A stretch of DNA of 64,000 bases from Cenococcum geophilum (taxonomy: Eukaryota). How positions within the stretch are numbered: the stretch's first letter is position 1; the number at the start of each line of letters is the position of its first letter. A program made the position numbers and the translations under genes. The notes beneath the pieces were generated by a model. The model was not told the origin of the DNA, did no database searches, and was given only the letters and a program-made list of their open reading frames with translations. Shown piece by piece: positions 12,925 through 28,029 of the stretch. The stretch covers positions 16,616,001 to 16,680,000 of the forward strand of contig CP158635.1 of the NCBI GenBank assembly GCA_050273025.1. Reading direction: 5' to 3'.

Positions 12925-15900
12925 TAAATATGATCTGCTATTGCTGCCTAATATAGTCCGTTTACTGGCTTCTTAAGATCTAACTGTTGTGCCTAGCTTT
13001 GCCTTATTAAGTGGCGAAGGCTCCCTTAAAACCTATAAATGGTCCTAAGACTAGAGCGGATGTATTTGCTTAGACTTGGTTGTATAGCCCTATACTAGCG
13101 TTTAAGGGGATATTTAACGAATTGCATTTTGTACGCAATCTAAAGTCTATAAATTTCCTCTACATTATCCATTTACTTCTTTTTCATCATTACAACCCTA
13201 TTCTACTATTGTAGGCTTTCTATAGCCTATAACCGACTACAATATAAGGTAATATATCGTATTGCTATACCTTTAAAAGAGAAAGAGATAATGGGAATAG
13301 CTCTGTCTACATGCTTTTTTAGGATATTTTTATGCAGTCATATTCCCGAAGCGCTTTGTTATCCCTAAGGTAGCTTAGCTAAAGCAGTTTCGGGCTAAGC
13401 CTGCCTTGGTAAGACTCCGCTAAGAGCGTAGGCGCCTTATAGTTCAATCTAGAGGACTATGTCCGTACGAAGGGGCTTATCCTACAACATATCCACATTT
13501 TAGGGCTGCCTATACCAAATTGTGTCAGATCTCTTTCCGTGGCTTAAAAGCTAACGAGTCTGCCTTAGCTCTAGGAGATTTTAGGTCTATATTGCCTTCG
13601 CTCTCGCCGAAGAGATATAGGTAGAATGTAATATCTAGCTGCAGTTAGGGCCGCAGTAAATGCATATCCTACGTCTTTGGGCTATTTTAGGACATACTTG
13701 CGTAATTTAAACGCCTCTAAGACCTATAATCTTTAGCCCTATACTACTTAACCCAGAATGCATGTGTCCTGCTGCGGATATCCGCTTCTAGATGTTATAC
13801 TTACCCTCTAACTGCTCCCTGTATAGCCCTAGCCCCTAAACTATATAGCTAGAGTTTCTTAGCTACGGAACCCTCTAAGCTTTTAATCTACGCACCTTTA
13901 GCAACTTTGTGACTTCTAGTCTACGCTTTCTTTTTAAAATACAGCCTCTAAACCCTAAAGTTTCCAACACTTAAGATGGATGCTATTGCGGATAATACTA
14001 GCCTAGTTTAAACTATGACCCCTTAGTCTAGCACAGTAGCGTATAATAGAGTAGCGTATATTTACCTTATACCTAATAGTCCTAAAGCCCCTAGAACTTT
14101 TACTGTAGTGCCCGTTGACAAGTCCAATTTAGAATCCGTTATTGAAGTCTGGAAGAAAAAGAAAACCATTTATAAAGTCTTCTCGCTCTGTATTCCGGGC
14201 GATAAGCTAGTACTTCTTATTAAATATGCCTTTTAAGGGAATACAGCCGAGTACATTAACGCCCTACAAATATTTTTATAATATTCTCTCTAATATATAG
14301 CAAAAGAAATCTAGATATGCTTTATGTCCTCTTAAAGCAATAGAATAATGACTAAGATTTTGACTAACTCTTAGCGGTCCGAATTCTAAAGGGACTCTAT
14401 AATTGGCTGATTATAAAAGCTTATTAACCGTCGGCACTCTAGTTAGATAGCTTTATATATAAATAACGTATTACATTCTATACCCAAAGCGAGGATATAA
14501 GTGTGGAATTTTTCTGTGCGGATATAAAGATCTATGCCAAGTCTAGTGAGTATCTGGAGATTTAGACTATACCTAAACTAAACGATAATATTATGCCAAA
14601 TCTAGAGTCTCTAGAGATTAAGACTATACCTAAACTAAACGATCTTAGAATTTATTCGAAATACCTTTTATCCAATTATGCACTTCTTTTTATTAGTTTA
14701 GTGGCCTTTATATTATTATAATTTATATTACTACATCTTGTTAAGTATAAAACTGTTGAGCATATTACGGTACTGGCAGAAAACGGTAGATTGCGGCAGA
14801 TTGCGGTTACGTAACTAGAGGATTATATAAAACTTTAAGCAGCGCTACTATTCTTCTCCTTTCCTTTCTCTAGCTTTAGATCCTCGTTAATAGACAATCT
14901 AATCGTATAGGCTTGCGTACGTCCTTCTTGCTATACTCGTGCCTTAATTAACTAAGTCGCTAGCGGAGTATAGAGCTGAGATATAAGTTCTAAAAGGGCT
15001 TAGCTTTAGTCCTTTACTAAGATATAAATTATCGCTTTAATAATTTTTAGAAGTAGATACTATGTTTATAATTATCACTTGGCGAGGCTAGTATAATACT
15101 GCAACTCCAAAACTAGCTGGTGCTATTACTGTAACACGTTTAAGTCTTAAGGAGAATATCCCTACTATAAAAGCTAGGAAGCCTAGCTTTAGAAAAAAAG
15201 GACTTATTTAAGGTGGCTCCGCTTTTTAGCATGCTGACCCTTAGATTTATTAGGCCCTTATAATATAAAGATACTAAGCTAAGGAAAAGGGGATCGGTAA
15301 TAGGGCGCTAAAGCGTGCCGCTAGTGCATGGGGCAGATGCAAATAGTATAGTAAACAATAGCTTGAAGATAAATAGGGTGGATGAGGTGGATAAGGTAGA
15401 GGTAGATAAGATTATATTATATAATGTTATATAAGGAAGATTATGGTTAAATGAGCCTAAAAGTATAGCACTACTTATAGATTTGCAAAATTAATTATGT
15501 AGTATTTTTTTTCTTTTAGAGTTATTAATTCTTATAATATAAAGGAAGCTTTTCTAATTACCAGCTTTATTAAACTGAAGAAACTTCCTATTAACCTAGT
15601 GCTAATTACTACTATATTAGGGTTAGATCAGGGGTGCCTGTAACTTATCTACCGTATATATATAGCCTTATTTTCCGCGTAAATTAATCTATATACGAGT
15701 TCGTTCCTAACCTAGGATTTTTAGTCAACACTTCTATTTTAATATGAGACTATTATACCTAATTAGTCCGTTTGCACTTGAAGCTCTAGGAGCCGCAAGT
15801 CTACACTATACTAAACGCAAAATAATAACCACTAAACAACAGGCACGAAATTCCTTAGGATTTGAAACCTCTTTTACTAACTCTATATAGAATATTTATA

Positions 15901-17199
15901 GCCTAATTAGACTCTATGCCTAGACAGAGCCTAACTGTTAAGGGGATATAGCTTGGACAGAATTTAATAACAACTTTTTCTCTTACAACGTTTTAAATTT
16001 TTATATATCCTAGAGTTTTATGCTTATCTATCGCGGTCTTCAAGGCCAGGAGCAGCTAGATATTTCCGTTACCCTTAACTTTGATACTTGGTCTGCGGAC
16101 AAAGATTAGTTGTCTATAAATGACTCGTCGTGCCGTTCTTTTGTATATAGTTACTATTATTTTAACGGAAGCACTGGTTGTACTAATACGCCAAATTTTA
16201 TATGTTACCGGCTGTGGATAAACCTAGGCCTTTTGAAACGCTAGGCTTTAAGCGGTGTATAAGAACGCAGGTATAGTTATAGGTCTACTTAAGCTTCTGG
16301 TTTTATACTTTGCTACTACTTCTAATCCTTCTTCCTTCCTAGATTATATAAAGTGCGTATTTATTGGCAACAAAATTTCGTGTACTCTATTTATCTTGTG
16401 TATTAGTTATGTACTATACATGGCCTTAAAATATAAAGTTCTTAGGCTCTACTAGTACCGTTCTATCTAGCGCTTCCTGCATCTATCCTGGTATGCCGTA
16501 GCTTTTGTATCGTCCTTCTTTGATAGTAAACTTTTAATACTAAATTTGGCTTTAATATTAATTCCAATACGGCCTTATATTGATATTGAATACTAATAAA
16601 AGGCCTGGTCTTTTGTATACTTATTAGTAGTTCGATTTTTAGTTATAGGGCTAGCCAATTTAGCCTTGTCTGGGATTTGACGAAAAATTGTTAGTATTTA
16701 ATACGCTATGTGCAGGAACCTATTTAAGAAACTTTATTGTAAGTTCTATATAGCCGCCTTTAACGAGGGAACTTAACGTTAGTACTAACCGTATCTTCCT
16801 AATAATGATATGTTCTGCTTATCTGGTGCCTTTATAAACCTAAGTAGAGTTTAATAAGCTAGGGTTTGCTAGTAGCCTAGGGGTTATTATAAACGGGCTG
16901 CCCCCCTCCCTGTTAGCTTCTCTATTGAGTGGCTATAAGCGAGCCAATAATAATATAATATTGTTTAATTTTTGGTGGGGTGCTGTGATGGCACGTATAA
17001 ATGCCTCTAAGATAAAGCTTGTGGATTGCGACTATCGAAGATACTAAGCCGAGGAGGGGACGTGTTTATATACGTGGGGGTCGTAAGAGAATTGACACGA
17101 TGCTCTTAATCACGAAAGGAAAAAGAAAGGAAATTCCGTAGACTGGTAGACTATATAAGTATATAAAGGAAATTAATTAGTTGCTATCCTTTATTCCCG

Positions 17200-18340
17200 C
17201 TACTAACCTATCTGCTACTATCTTCTTAATAATTGGCTAAGTCGCAACTCTATAATTGCTTGTCCGACTTAGAATCTTCTTAGGCGTGATTTATTTATTG
17301 TGCTGCCCCTGTCTAAAAGTATATAGCAGATATATAGCACTAAAATCCATCTCCTAGTCCTTCCGCGTTCTTCGGTTCTTAATGATAGTATTATAGTAGA
17401 TAATAGGATCCGTTGAATTAGTAGTAATAGGCTTGGGAGATGCGGTACTGTGTGTCCTAAAGAGGGCGTCCTTACTGTCCTGGAACTAGTGCGTTGGTAT
17501 AAATGCGTTCCGGTCTAGAATAAGGACTTTATTTGGAATACTAATAAGGCGCCCGGCGATTTGCGTTAGTAGTTACAAATTGAATTCCTAGGTGCTATTA
17601 AATATAGCTATCTGCTCGCGCACTATAAGTCTTATTAAGGCGCTATTCGGCTTTATTAAGAAAACTCCGTTATTAATTGTGCCGTTAATAGTGCCGTCCT
17701 CCTCTACGCCGCTGTACTGTCGTCTAGCGATAAAGGCAAACCCTGCGTTCTGCAGTGGAGTTAGGGACTTAAGCGGTATAACGTCCTAGTCTATGTAGAT
17801 ACCGCCAATCTTAGAGACCTCTTCCTAGCGTAGCACGTCTGACTTATACTGGATGGCTTTAATAGGCTTTATTATATTGGGGCCTATGAACTGCGGGACC
17901 CGGACGTAGTTAATTTAGAGGAGGTTCGGGAAGGTGGTGAAGACCTTATAAGTCCATATATTCCCCGTTTTAATAGCGGACTTAATTTCAGTTTAGTTAT
18001 AGTTGGTATAGAGGTAAATCTTAAACGGCTTAATATATATAACTAAGGCGTATAGGGATAGGAAGTACGCAAAGTGTATGTTAATCGTAGAATCTGAATC
18101 CCTCTTAATATATATATAGTGGACAATATTAGGAATATGCCTATGTATAGCGAGATATTATGTTGCGGCATCCTTAGCGGAAGGGTGTAGGAAGGAGGCT
18201 AGAGAGAGGAGAATAAGGATAGGGACGCCGATTTTAACGAATATCCATAACCGGGAGTAGAGGAATAGCGGAATGGGGTTGAGGGGAGCGTATCCTTTCT
18301 TATAGTGGAAGGGGTTAAGAGATTGCAGGAATTCTATTAT
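17200..18340 (-). pseudogene. Glycosyltransferase family 32 (DXD, OCH1-like) with N-terminal anchor, RIP-inactivated
   Basis: IPNIVHYIY, KSDVLR*EEV, GGIYID*DVIPLK (DxD), AGFAFIARRQ and INNGVFL. Confidence 0.82.
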
Positions 18341-20549
18341 TTTAAACCACCGATATCTAAAGAGCTAGAAAAAGAATAAGAACGCAAAAAGGAAAAAACC
18401 CTAAGTAGTGCAGGAAAGGATAAAAGATAGATTACTTAAGTAAAATTCCCTAATAGTTATATTAGACTGGAAAGCGTTAGGATAGATTTTATTATTATTG
18501 ACTGTTTTAAGTACGGTATAGCCTTTAAAGGTAATAATAGGGTAGTATTGGATATCCTTGTCTCTATCCTGCTTATTACCGTCCTACGTTATATTATACG
18601 TTCTTCTTCCTCGTTCTTATCCTCGTCCTACTAGCTAATGCTACTCCTTAGCGTTTAGTTAATGTTAATAACTTACTTAGCCTTATCGGCTTTACCTATG
18701 TTATCCACCTTACCCGTGTTATCTACCTTATCCGTGCCATTTACCTTACCCGCGTTATCTACCTTGGCTACACTAGCCATTAGTTAAGCGATTATTGGTA
18801 CCTCTAGCGGTCTTCCTCTAGAAATGATATAAAACTAGCTTATAAAGTTAGCTTAGTGAAACTAAGGACTATATTAATAAACTAGGTGCCGGCCTACCTA
18901 AATTTAGCCTTCCTTACGTGCCCCTACTCGCTTTTTTTATTCTACTTATTACCTTTCTTTTATATTAAAAGTCACGCTATATATTATGTTAACCTTATAG
19001 TACTTACGCTTCCCAAATCTACCAGCGTCTATTATATTCTTAGCTACTTGCCAAAACTAACTACTTCTAAAAGATGTAGCTAGATATGATGTGCTTAAAA
19101 GCAGCGTATATCGCTATAGCATGCGCCGGAATAGGATTGATAGGAATTGTCTTGGCAATAGTTACGGATAAGAGAAGAGAAAAGGCCGGAGCTTTTACTT
19201 TATAGGTTAGTATAAATAAGTCTAACTAGGTACCTTTAATTACTAATACTTATATTTAGTTTTTACCTCTGGAGTATAATTACTAAGTTCCTTGGAATAT
19301 AACGGTTGGAATAAAATACTTTTGTATAAATTATATAAACTATATAAATTATAAACTACTTCCTCTTTAAGTTTCCGAATTATTAGCTAGCCTGCTAATT
19401 TCCTATTCTTCTAATCACCTTAATTACCTAGATTACGCCTTAGCTAGACTCCTTTATAAGACAATTACGGGTTGCTTAATTATTAGTATAGTGCTTGCAT
19501 TTTACTATTAGTGCATTTTAGCGTTTATTCTCTCTAATTTATAAATACCATATAGGCAGGTTTGGGTTGGTAGAAAGAACTTATTCCTTGTTATCCTTTA
19601 TATAGTAAACGCAACTATATTCTATATTGTTTGCGCTTTCCCTTACTATATATTACACTCTGTATACTCTAACGCTTACTTACTGGGCTTGGATATTAGA
19701 ATGGAAATAGGGGATACTGCTTAATTCTGCTTAGGAGTACTCTATTTTGCACTTTATATAGTAACATTTATAAGCCTTACTTTATTATTAAACTAAAGGT
19801 AGAAAGGTAATTTATATTTACTATATTCCTTAATATATTAAGTCTATAATAATGTTGTTTTAGTAACGTTCTTAATTCCCCCACCGGTCTTAAATTTAAG
19901 AATTATCTTATCTGCGACTTTATTCTAAAGTAAGTCGATATATAAGTAGTTTATAGAGACCTATAGTTTGAATAACTGTAGCTATAGGAGGCCGAAGAGG
20001 TCTCCGTAATGCCATTAACTTAATATTTGACGAAGGTGCATCCCCATATGGAAACTTTGCAGTCGACTGTTTAGGTTGTCTTAGATTTTCCCTAATGGTG
20101 CTTACCTTGTCCGCTAATTCCCTTATTTGGTCGCGGGTCCATCCTATTATTGGTATCCCTAGGCATAGTTTCGTTGTTGGTTGCACTTTAGTGGCATTGT
20201 AAACTGTTACTAAACCGGCTAGTGTTATACGGTTAAGCCTAACTAACTTATAGCGAGGGCGTTCCGGGTTAGTAGGCGAGAGGTTATATAGTAATAATTT
20301 ACGATAAATAATGTGTGTTTTATTGTCTAATAAATGCCAGATTAATTATAAAGGAAAGAAGATATCTAGGTAAGAATTATATGTGCTTAAGTACATCCTA
20401 AACTCCCTATAACCCTTATAGTACGTTAATATGCAATATATGTGGTACGCGACCTGCGTGCCGTGTATATCCTATCTATGAATTTTTTTTTGACGATTTT
20501 GTATTATCTTATTGTTAAACGCTTAAAACGAAGCCGCCGTGAATACACC

Positions 20550-23000
20550 ACTATATAGGTCTAATTCCATAAAAAGTTCTATCTAAATTTAAACTCTGGA
20601 TATCCGAAGTCCAATTATAGGGGGGTGGAATTATGAGCTTCTAGCTATACGTATCCGCTTTATCTAAAATGGCAGCCATTATATCTTAAATATTAGTTTT
20701 ATTAGTGGCACAAATAATAAAGCTTATAAGGTAGAACATTATAAAGGGGTATTTTGCGTTTATATAGTAGTGGACGTAGTACTACCATATTCGCTCCGAC
20801 TAAGGTCTGTTAAACGGTATAGATCCCTAATAATAGACGTGTCCTTACCAGGTGCCGAAATTGAGCCCGGCCTTCCCTAGTCGTTTAATAGCCGGCATAG
20901 GCTAAGTATAGTAGTGGGTCTGAATAGAACCCTTAGCCATGAACGCATTTGGATGCTTCTCTTTAAAGGTCTCCGCAAATTTAACAAGATAATTAGGTGG
21001 AGGGAGTGCTCTATAGGATGTTGTGGACTCTAATAACTCTGGTGATTTTTCTCTAAAGTTGTATGGGAAGTATAGGTTAAGGCCTCTATCTATACCTTAA
21101 ATAACTAATAGCCGAGTTTAGGTAGGTCTGTATTCTAAATTAAGACTAATTATACCTCTTTTTTCTATATCCTAAACGATGTATATAATAAACCGATCTT
21201 TATCTCTAGTATAAGACTTCTTAAATTCGGACTAGCGACTTATAAGTAATCCTTTATTTAAGTCCTAAGACCTAAATCTATTTCCCTTATATTTAATATC
21301 CTAAGGGGGTAGGTATTCTAAATCAAAGGTATTCTATAGGGTTATTTCCTCCTAAAATATCTCCTAAACCGCAGGTGGTATTACGTCTTAAATAACTCTT
21401 CTGGCTAGTTGCCTTAGGGAGGGGTCGCTAATAAGTATTAGTAAAGCGTCCTAGATAATATTAAAAAGTGAGAACGGTAAGCTAGGTTGCTTATTAATGA
21501 TAATGAATTGCTAAGAGTCCACTACTAGCGGATTATATATTGAGTCTTTCCTTAGAGTATTTTTTATATCTTCTAAAGTAACCTTAGTTGTCTACTTAAC
21601 GTTCTTAAGTTCCTCCTCCGTTTTCGCTAAACGGCGCCGCCTGATAGGGGCATTGTCTTTAAACGGATAGACCGTGTTATTGGCGTTGGTTCCTTTATAG
21701 ATAATAAGTAATAGGTGGTCGGGTCGCTTTTGTAATTTATTTAGAAGCTGACGGGTTAACGAATTACCTATGGCTATCTATCCTATTATATAGTTTTGAT
21801 ACTAGACTTGCAAAACTAAACTATCTTTTAGGTTTGTGGAAAGTAGGAAGCTCTTATAGTTAACCTTATTAGAAGGTATAAAACTAAAATACACTGCAGT
21901 AGTATATTTAAGTAGAAGGCTTTCCGGGTCGCACTAATATTTATTATATAATCCTATTATTAATAGCTTGTAAATAGAGCTATAATCTTTAAAGCTTTTA
22001 TAGATGGTTAGAAGAGTCTAAGGAGTAAGGAGCTTTAGGAGCTATTGATAGAGTATGTCCTAATACGGCTTAGTCATTTTTAGGCCTTCTATATTGGATA
22101 GAATAACGCCGCCTAGGATTCTCGCATTCTTAAATTTAAGAGCGGCAAGCGTTTATGCCTAGATGGCGACCCTAAGATATTAAAGAGCATGTAGACGCCA
22201 TGCCTTCTTAAAGAAGTTAACGTAAGTCTCTACCTGGCTGGCGTAGAGACCTTTTAGGAATTTATTAATGCTTACTGCTCTAGTTGCCTACTTAAGCACC
22301 TTAGGGTCGCTTTTATTAAATACTATAATTTAAAACTAGCTACGTAGTATATCAGTACTACCATCCTTAGGCGTCGGAGGTCTTAGATCTAGACTTACAG
22401 CGCTACGCTCTGGTAGAGAGTTGTTAAGGTCTGGTACGATTTTATAAAGCTGACGGACGGTACTTGCGCAGAAGCCCGCGTAGAAATCCTTTAAAATTAT
22501 AACAGTGCTATTATTGGGGATGCTTTGGAGAGTGGTTAGCGTTACTATCTTTATCTTTAGAAGGTCAGTTTCGGCAAGGCTTGGCCCTAGGTATAATATT
22601 AGAAAGGAAGTACCTAATTGGGCTTTACTATACTTATGGCATAAAACCTACCTAGACTCCGGTTAGTAAAGGCCCGTATATCTTATTCCAGTTTTATAAT
22701 CCACTAAATATGGTTGGCGGTATTACTATTAGTCCTATAGAAGCGTACACTAATCTACCTTCTTAGATTAATAACTAAATATAACTTATCTACTTTCCGG
22801 TTAGCGGAGTTAAAATTAAGGGGCCCTTTAATATTATCGGCTTCCTGCTAAGCTTGCTTCTAGTTTATATTTAGAGACTTTATCTCCTTAAAATGATAAT
22901 TGCACTAGGCCTAACCTTCTATTAGAAGGACGGCATAGCAAGGCTAGTTGTTTTTAAGCGCATTATATCTTAGACCTTATACCTATAGGGATAAAGGTGG
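20550..23000 (-). pseudogene. Large fungal hypothetical protein remnant
   Basis: A long near-continuous frame with RIP stops: DFYAGFCASTVRQLY...VETYVNFFKKAW...LVKFAETFKEKHPNAFMAKG...PFNRP*SERIW. Function unknown. Confidence 0.5.
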
Positions 23001-26000
23001 CTTTAAGGACTAAAGTAATATTCTAGCTTATTATTAGTTACTGCGCCTACCTGAGCTTTAAGATGTATAAATGCGAAATTATAGGCTTATAGTAAATAAT
23101 TATAAAAAGCTAACGTTTAAGTCGATGTTATAAGTACGCCTAAGGAAAATAGCTACACCATAAATGCAAATTTGGATGGCGGGCGCTGTTAGCTTCCGGG
23201 TTGCTAGTATTACGGCATAGCTGCACTAGTTGCTTGCTAGATAGGCTATTTCTGCCTAAAATCTAAAGTATATCTATGGCTTTGCTTATACGTATCTATA
23301 GACAAAAGTATTATACTTAGAAAACATAAAACGCTAAAATAAGCTCTGTAATATAAGACGTCCCTATATATCTGTTATAGCTTAGTAGGAAATACAGCCG
23401 TAAGGGGTCGACGTCTATTCCACACTACTTGATGATAAGGGAGCTTAAAATCCGCTAATTGGCTTATCAAACGCAAAGCATTATAAGTATCCTAATATAT
23501 AGCACACCTACTTCCTATACTAGGTCTTAGGGTATACGAGAAGCACTAACTATATGTCCAGGGTATTGCAGGTAGGGAGCGGCTTAGCGCACCTTTATTT
23601 TAGTATTTTTTGGTAAGGAAAAGTGTGCAAGAGGTAGTAATATGCGAGAGGTGGTCTAAACTTAGTAATATAATTTTAGTTTACTGCGGAGACTAAAGCA
23701 CCTACTGACTAAATTATTGGCAGGGATATAAATACCGCAAAAGTGCAAACTGTTTAACTCCAATCCTATATATAAAGCGTCTTCTATAAACAAATAATAT
23801 ATTATAATAACTCCAAGGCTAAACACTAAAAGGCAGCTTGTTTATATCCTTTTCCGCTTATATTCCGTGATTTTATTTTCAGCCTCTTTAATATTGTTTA
23901 CCTATACACTCTAAAGTCTTATTCCGGCTTCTTTTAAGGCTCTTAATTTTTTATTTGGGTACGGTTTATGCCCTAGCCAGAGTCTAAGGACTCTAATAAA
24001 TAGTGGTATTAAGATAAAGTATGTTTAGGCGGCTTTACTACGCCATTATTTTCTTCTGCACTAGGATTATTATACCCTAAATTATTCTTGCATTCTGTGG
24101 CTGATAAGATACTCTGTTTATATTAGTGGGCTAATGAATGATAAAGCCACTCGGAAACCACTATTAACGTACCTATTTTACTACGTTAAAGGTATTATCT
24201 AAGCCTTTAGGCTTCGGGATAAACGGTATAGCTTAGCAATATTAGTAGTACCCTATTAAAGAGTTGGAAATAAGGCACACCTTAGTTAAATATAACGTGC
24301 TATCCCCTACCTTTACCTTTAAATTACTTACCGTTAATTATATATCCTACTCTTCTTGTATAACTTGTAGAAGAGCTAAATATAGGCTTTACTTAGCTTT
24401 GCCTAGAAAGCTAAGGCTTAAAGGCTAAGCCGATACACTAACTTAATAATATAACTGTTATATTATAAATACGTTAAGATACAACTATAGACGGGGCTTA
24501 ATCCCCTCTCTATCTATATTTGACCTTACTATACCTTTACACAATAGTTATATTAAAGACAATGGTTTATATTACCCTGTGTCTTCTAAGTATTCTAATA
24601 TAGCGATGTAGGTACGGCCGGTAAGGCGGTTATTTATAGCCTCTACCCCCCTTAATAAATTAATAGCTAAAAAATCTAGCCTAGGGCTAATATTACCTAG
24701 TTTAGGCTTTAAATTTAGCTGTCTAGCGAATAAGAACCAATATAATCCGTAATTAGGATATAGCATACATAGAGCCCTAAATTAAACTGTGGATTTTAAT
24801 TATATATACTTCCTTATTGCGTATAGGCCTAATAAGTATAATGATATCTTAAGGGCTTATCCTCTTACAGAAACTACCCCCTACTAGCAGTTACCGCATT
24901 GTTTGTCTACTAGCTTATATATCCTAACCCTCTTATAGGCACCGGTGGTAACTTCTAAATTTATAATACTGGTGCTGCTAGCTAAGCCACAATAGAATAT
25001 CCCTATGCTGGACTAGCTGCTTATATAACTAGGACCGCTTTATTTAAATATATATATCTAGTTCTCCGGCGCAATTCCTAGTAAGAAGGCATAGTACACT
25101 ACGGACCCCTAAAGTATAGAAAGGGTAATTAACGCTCTACTAAGCCTCCCTTACGTATAAGTCTTCCTCCGTTATAACCGTAGTTAATATAGCCTATAAT
25201 ATAAATATAAGCGTCTCCTATATTAATCCCCTTTTTAACCGGCCTCTATTCCTAGGACTTTTTTTATAACCTAGCGCGGCGCGCAAACCTACACTTTACT
25301 AAAGGTTTTGTAAGGAAGTAGTTTTGCCAGTATCTAATGTATATTAGAAAAAACATTATTGCGGTAATAGTTTAAGCCTCTTTTAGTTTATATGGTTGTG
25401 AAGGCTATAATAACATTACTTCTATAATCGTGGTGTAATTATTTTAAAATCTAATAGTAGAAGCTATGGGTAAGAGACTTTTTAGGATTACTTAACTGAA
25501 AAGAGCGAAGGAGACCCCTTACTATTACCAGCACTGCAATTACGCTAGTACTTCCCTTGCGCCAATATCTCCGCGCCCCTATTTTAGCCTATTTTAACGC
25601 TAAAATTTACTCCACGCCTGTGTCCTTAGTTGTTTAGCATAGCTATAAGTATACGGTTAATACCTAAACTCTAATAACTAAGTAAAGGATAGAGTTTACC
25701 CAAGAGATAATGTGTAAGTTAGGTTAAGTTATAAAACCTTTTTACTACCTCCTATTACTTATAGTATATAGGCAGACTATACCTTTATATATAATCCCAT
25801 TTTTAAGGCCCTGACATTACCGCATTAATAATACGCCTCGCGGCTACGCTATAGTAGCCCCTACCCTACCAAACTGGAGAAGGGTTTATATAATGCGTGC
25901 CCTTACTATACCCTAGAGGCGCAGCACCTAAGATAGACCGTTACGTGTAAGTATTATATCGGGCGGCGTATATCTGCATCCCTTAACCTAGAATATCCAC

Positions 26001-26513
26001 TGCCTTAAGGGAGAAGGTTATACGGCCTTTAGTTTAAATGACCTAAAGCAACTTTTACGGCCAAGGCTTACGAATTAGCTAAGCGGAACTATATATAAAG
26101 GTATTACTATTATAGGGGGAACGGAAGCCGGCGCGAGGCCTTAAAGCCTTAGCGATTTAGGATATGCCTTATATAGCATAATAGATAGTAGTGGGAGTAG
26201 TTAATTAGCTTATACTAAGGGCTCTAAAGGCTCTACTATATGGGTAGACGGCACAGAGCGTCTTATTTAGGCTTAGGAACCACCTAGGCTAAGTTTATCT
26301 TACGTGGTTAGATTAGGGGCTTAGCAACACAGAGCAGAAATCCTTAGTTAAGAACATTCCCTAATACTGCCCTATCTTTAAGCGGAAACCCACGTTATAT
26401 AGAATGGTAAGGAGTGGTATTTAAACCCCGGCGTTCGCACTTCTTAGATAAACCTATCTCCCTTCTTAGACAACCCTATCTCCTTTTAAATAAACCTACC
26501 ATATATATTAGCA

Positions 26514-27850
26514 ATGGATTATTCTAACTTCGAATATCCTCCTAAGTATTTCTCTATCTCTAAAGCCACTTATTTAAGGTTAGCATAGGTAGATTCTGTA
26601 CTTAATTCTACCGGTCCTATTCCTTTTATGTTTAAAGATACCTTTACGGGATTTAAAGCCGACAAAACTCTAAATAGAAAGACTTACGTAATTCCTATAA
26701 TATTTACTGCTAACAGCCTAGCAGCTATAGAGCTTATAAGCAAGTCCCCTATATCCCACCTAAAGCATTTCTTAATCAGTAGCGGGCAAGGCTTGGCTAT
26801 AACCGATTCTCTTAACCCTAAACCTTCTATTGACGAAATTATGCTAGAGGACGTTTAAGTATATAATACCTAATTTGAATAAATCTTCTGCTACTCTAGC
26901 TACTTCTCTAAAACGGCAAATACTTCTGTAATAATAGCTGGCCAAATAATAAAGGAGTTTGGATGGTATGTGCCTATGGAAGGTTCTAGCTCTAAAAACA
27001 CAACCGAGCTATATACTTATACTAATACCATAGAAGTTCACTCCGATGAAGGTAATATAACGTACGCTTTTCTATATTGGCCTTAATAAATGCTAACTAA
27101 AGTCTATAAAAGAGGAGTAGATAGATATAGAAGATTATAAGCAGCCAGGTAAACTTATCTAGCAGTAATACCTAGATTTAGAGCAAAACCTTAGGAACGA
27201 CTATTAAGGTTTATTTAGATTTTCTAAAGGTATACTAAAATATAAAAAGAGGTAAAAAGAGAATACTGTATATATGCTAACAATTACGTAAATTATCCAA
27301 TCCTTATTAAAGAGGATTTTAACGCTCCTATCCCTTTCGCGGAATCTCCTACACGCTAGAAGTCTCCTATACGCTAGAAGTCTCCTAGGGAGGTAAAGAA
27401 AACTACTACTCTAGACAGAGCTGGGCGGTTATAATATAGTAATTAGCTTGACCTAGAAGCTTTAAGACCTAAGATATAGTTAGAATGGGAGAAAGTACAG
27501 GAGGGCTGGATTTAGATAGAAGAAATTTTCCATAAATAAGGATGCCAAGCTTTACTAAAAAGCTTGCAAAAGTTTAAGAAGACTTTAGGAGAAGAATTAA
27601 AAACTATATACTCTTCTAGGGATTCTAGGCTTTGTAAATATCAACTTATAAAGCTCTAGAAGGGTATGCTATAAAGGTTAACCAAGAGCAACAAAACAAT
27701 TAGGAGGCCCGCTTGTAAGTATAGGGAGCTATTACATCGCCTAGCTAAGTATGAAAGTGTACTTTATTTAAGAGAGATATAGAATAGATCGAAGTTTATA
27801 CCCTATCCCTATATCCTTACTAAAAAGGTGGCAATAGCTATTACAACGTA
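26514..27850 (+). pseudogene. Hypothetical protein remnant with introns
   Basis: The frame MDYSNFEYPPKYF...FKDTFTGF...EFGWYVPMEG is followed by intron-like GT..AG segments. Family not recognised. Confidence 0.35.
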
Positions 27851-28029
27851 GCATTTAGGTAGCTTTTAGGTTTTTTATATTTACCTAAACAACTACTAAA
27901 CCAAATTCACCGGTTATATAATAATACATATATAGTATAAGCAGTCTCCGTTAATAGTAAGCCAACTTAAGTTAATATTGTCGGCCGAGAGTTAATTTAT
28001 TAAACTTTAGGAGTTGTATTAGTCCTTCC

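Noticed and set aside
14534..14645. ~57-bp local tandem duplication, and short 9-bp repeats at ~11985-12056 and ~61840-61878
   Set aside because: They are ordinary slippage-type repeats with no further structure.
13200..16900. Further cargo pseudogenes here and at ~18.5-20.2, 23.3-26.4, 29.2-30.3 and 30.9-33.0 kb
   Set aside because: The frames look coding-like, but I could not recognise a family or set defensible boundaries without a search.
21800..23300. Ferric reductase, a common Starship auxiliary gene
   Set aside because: No HPF or GxGI motifs were seen; the frame belongs to the large hypothetical gene.
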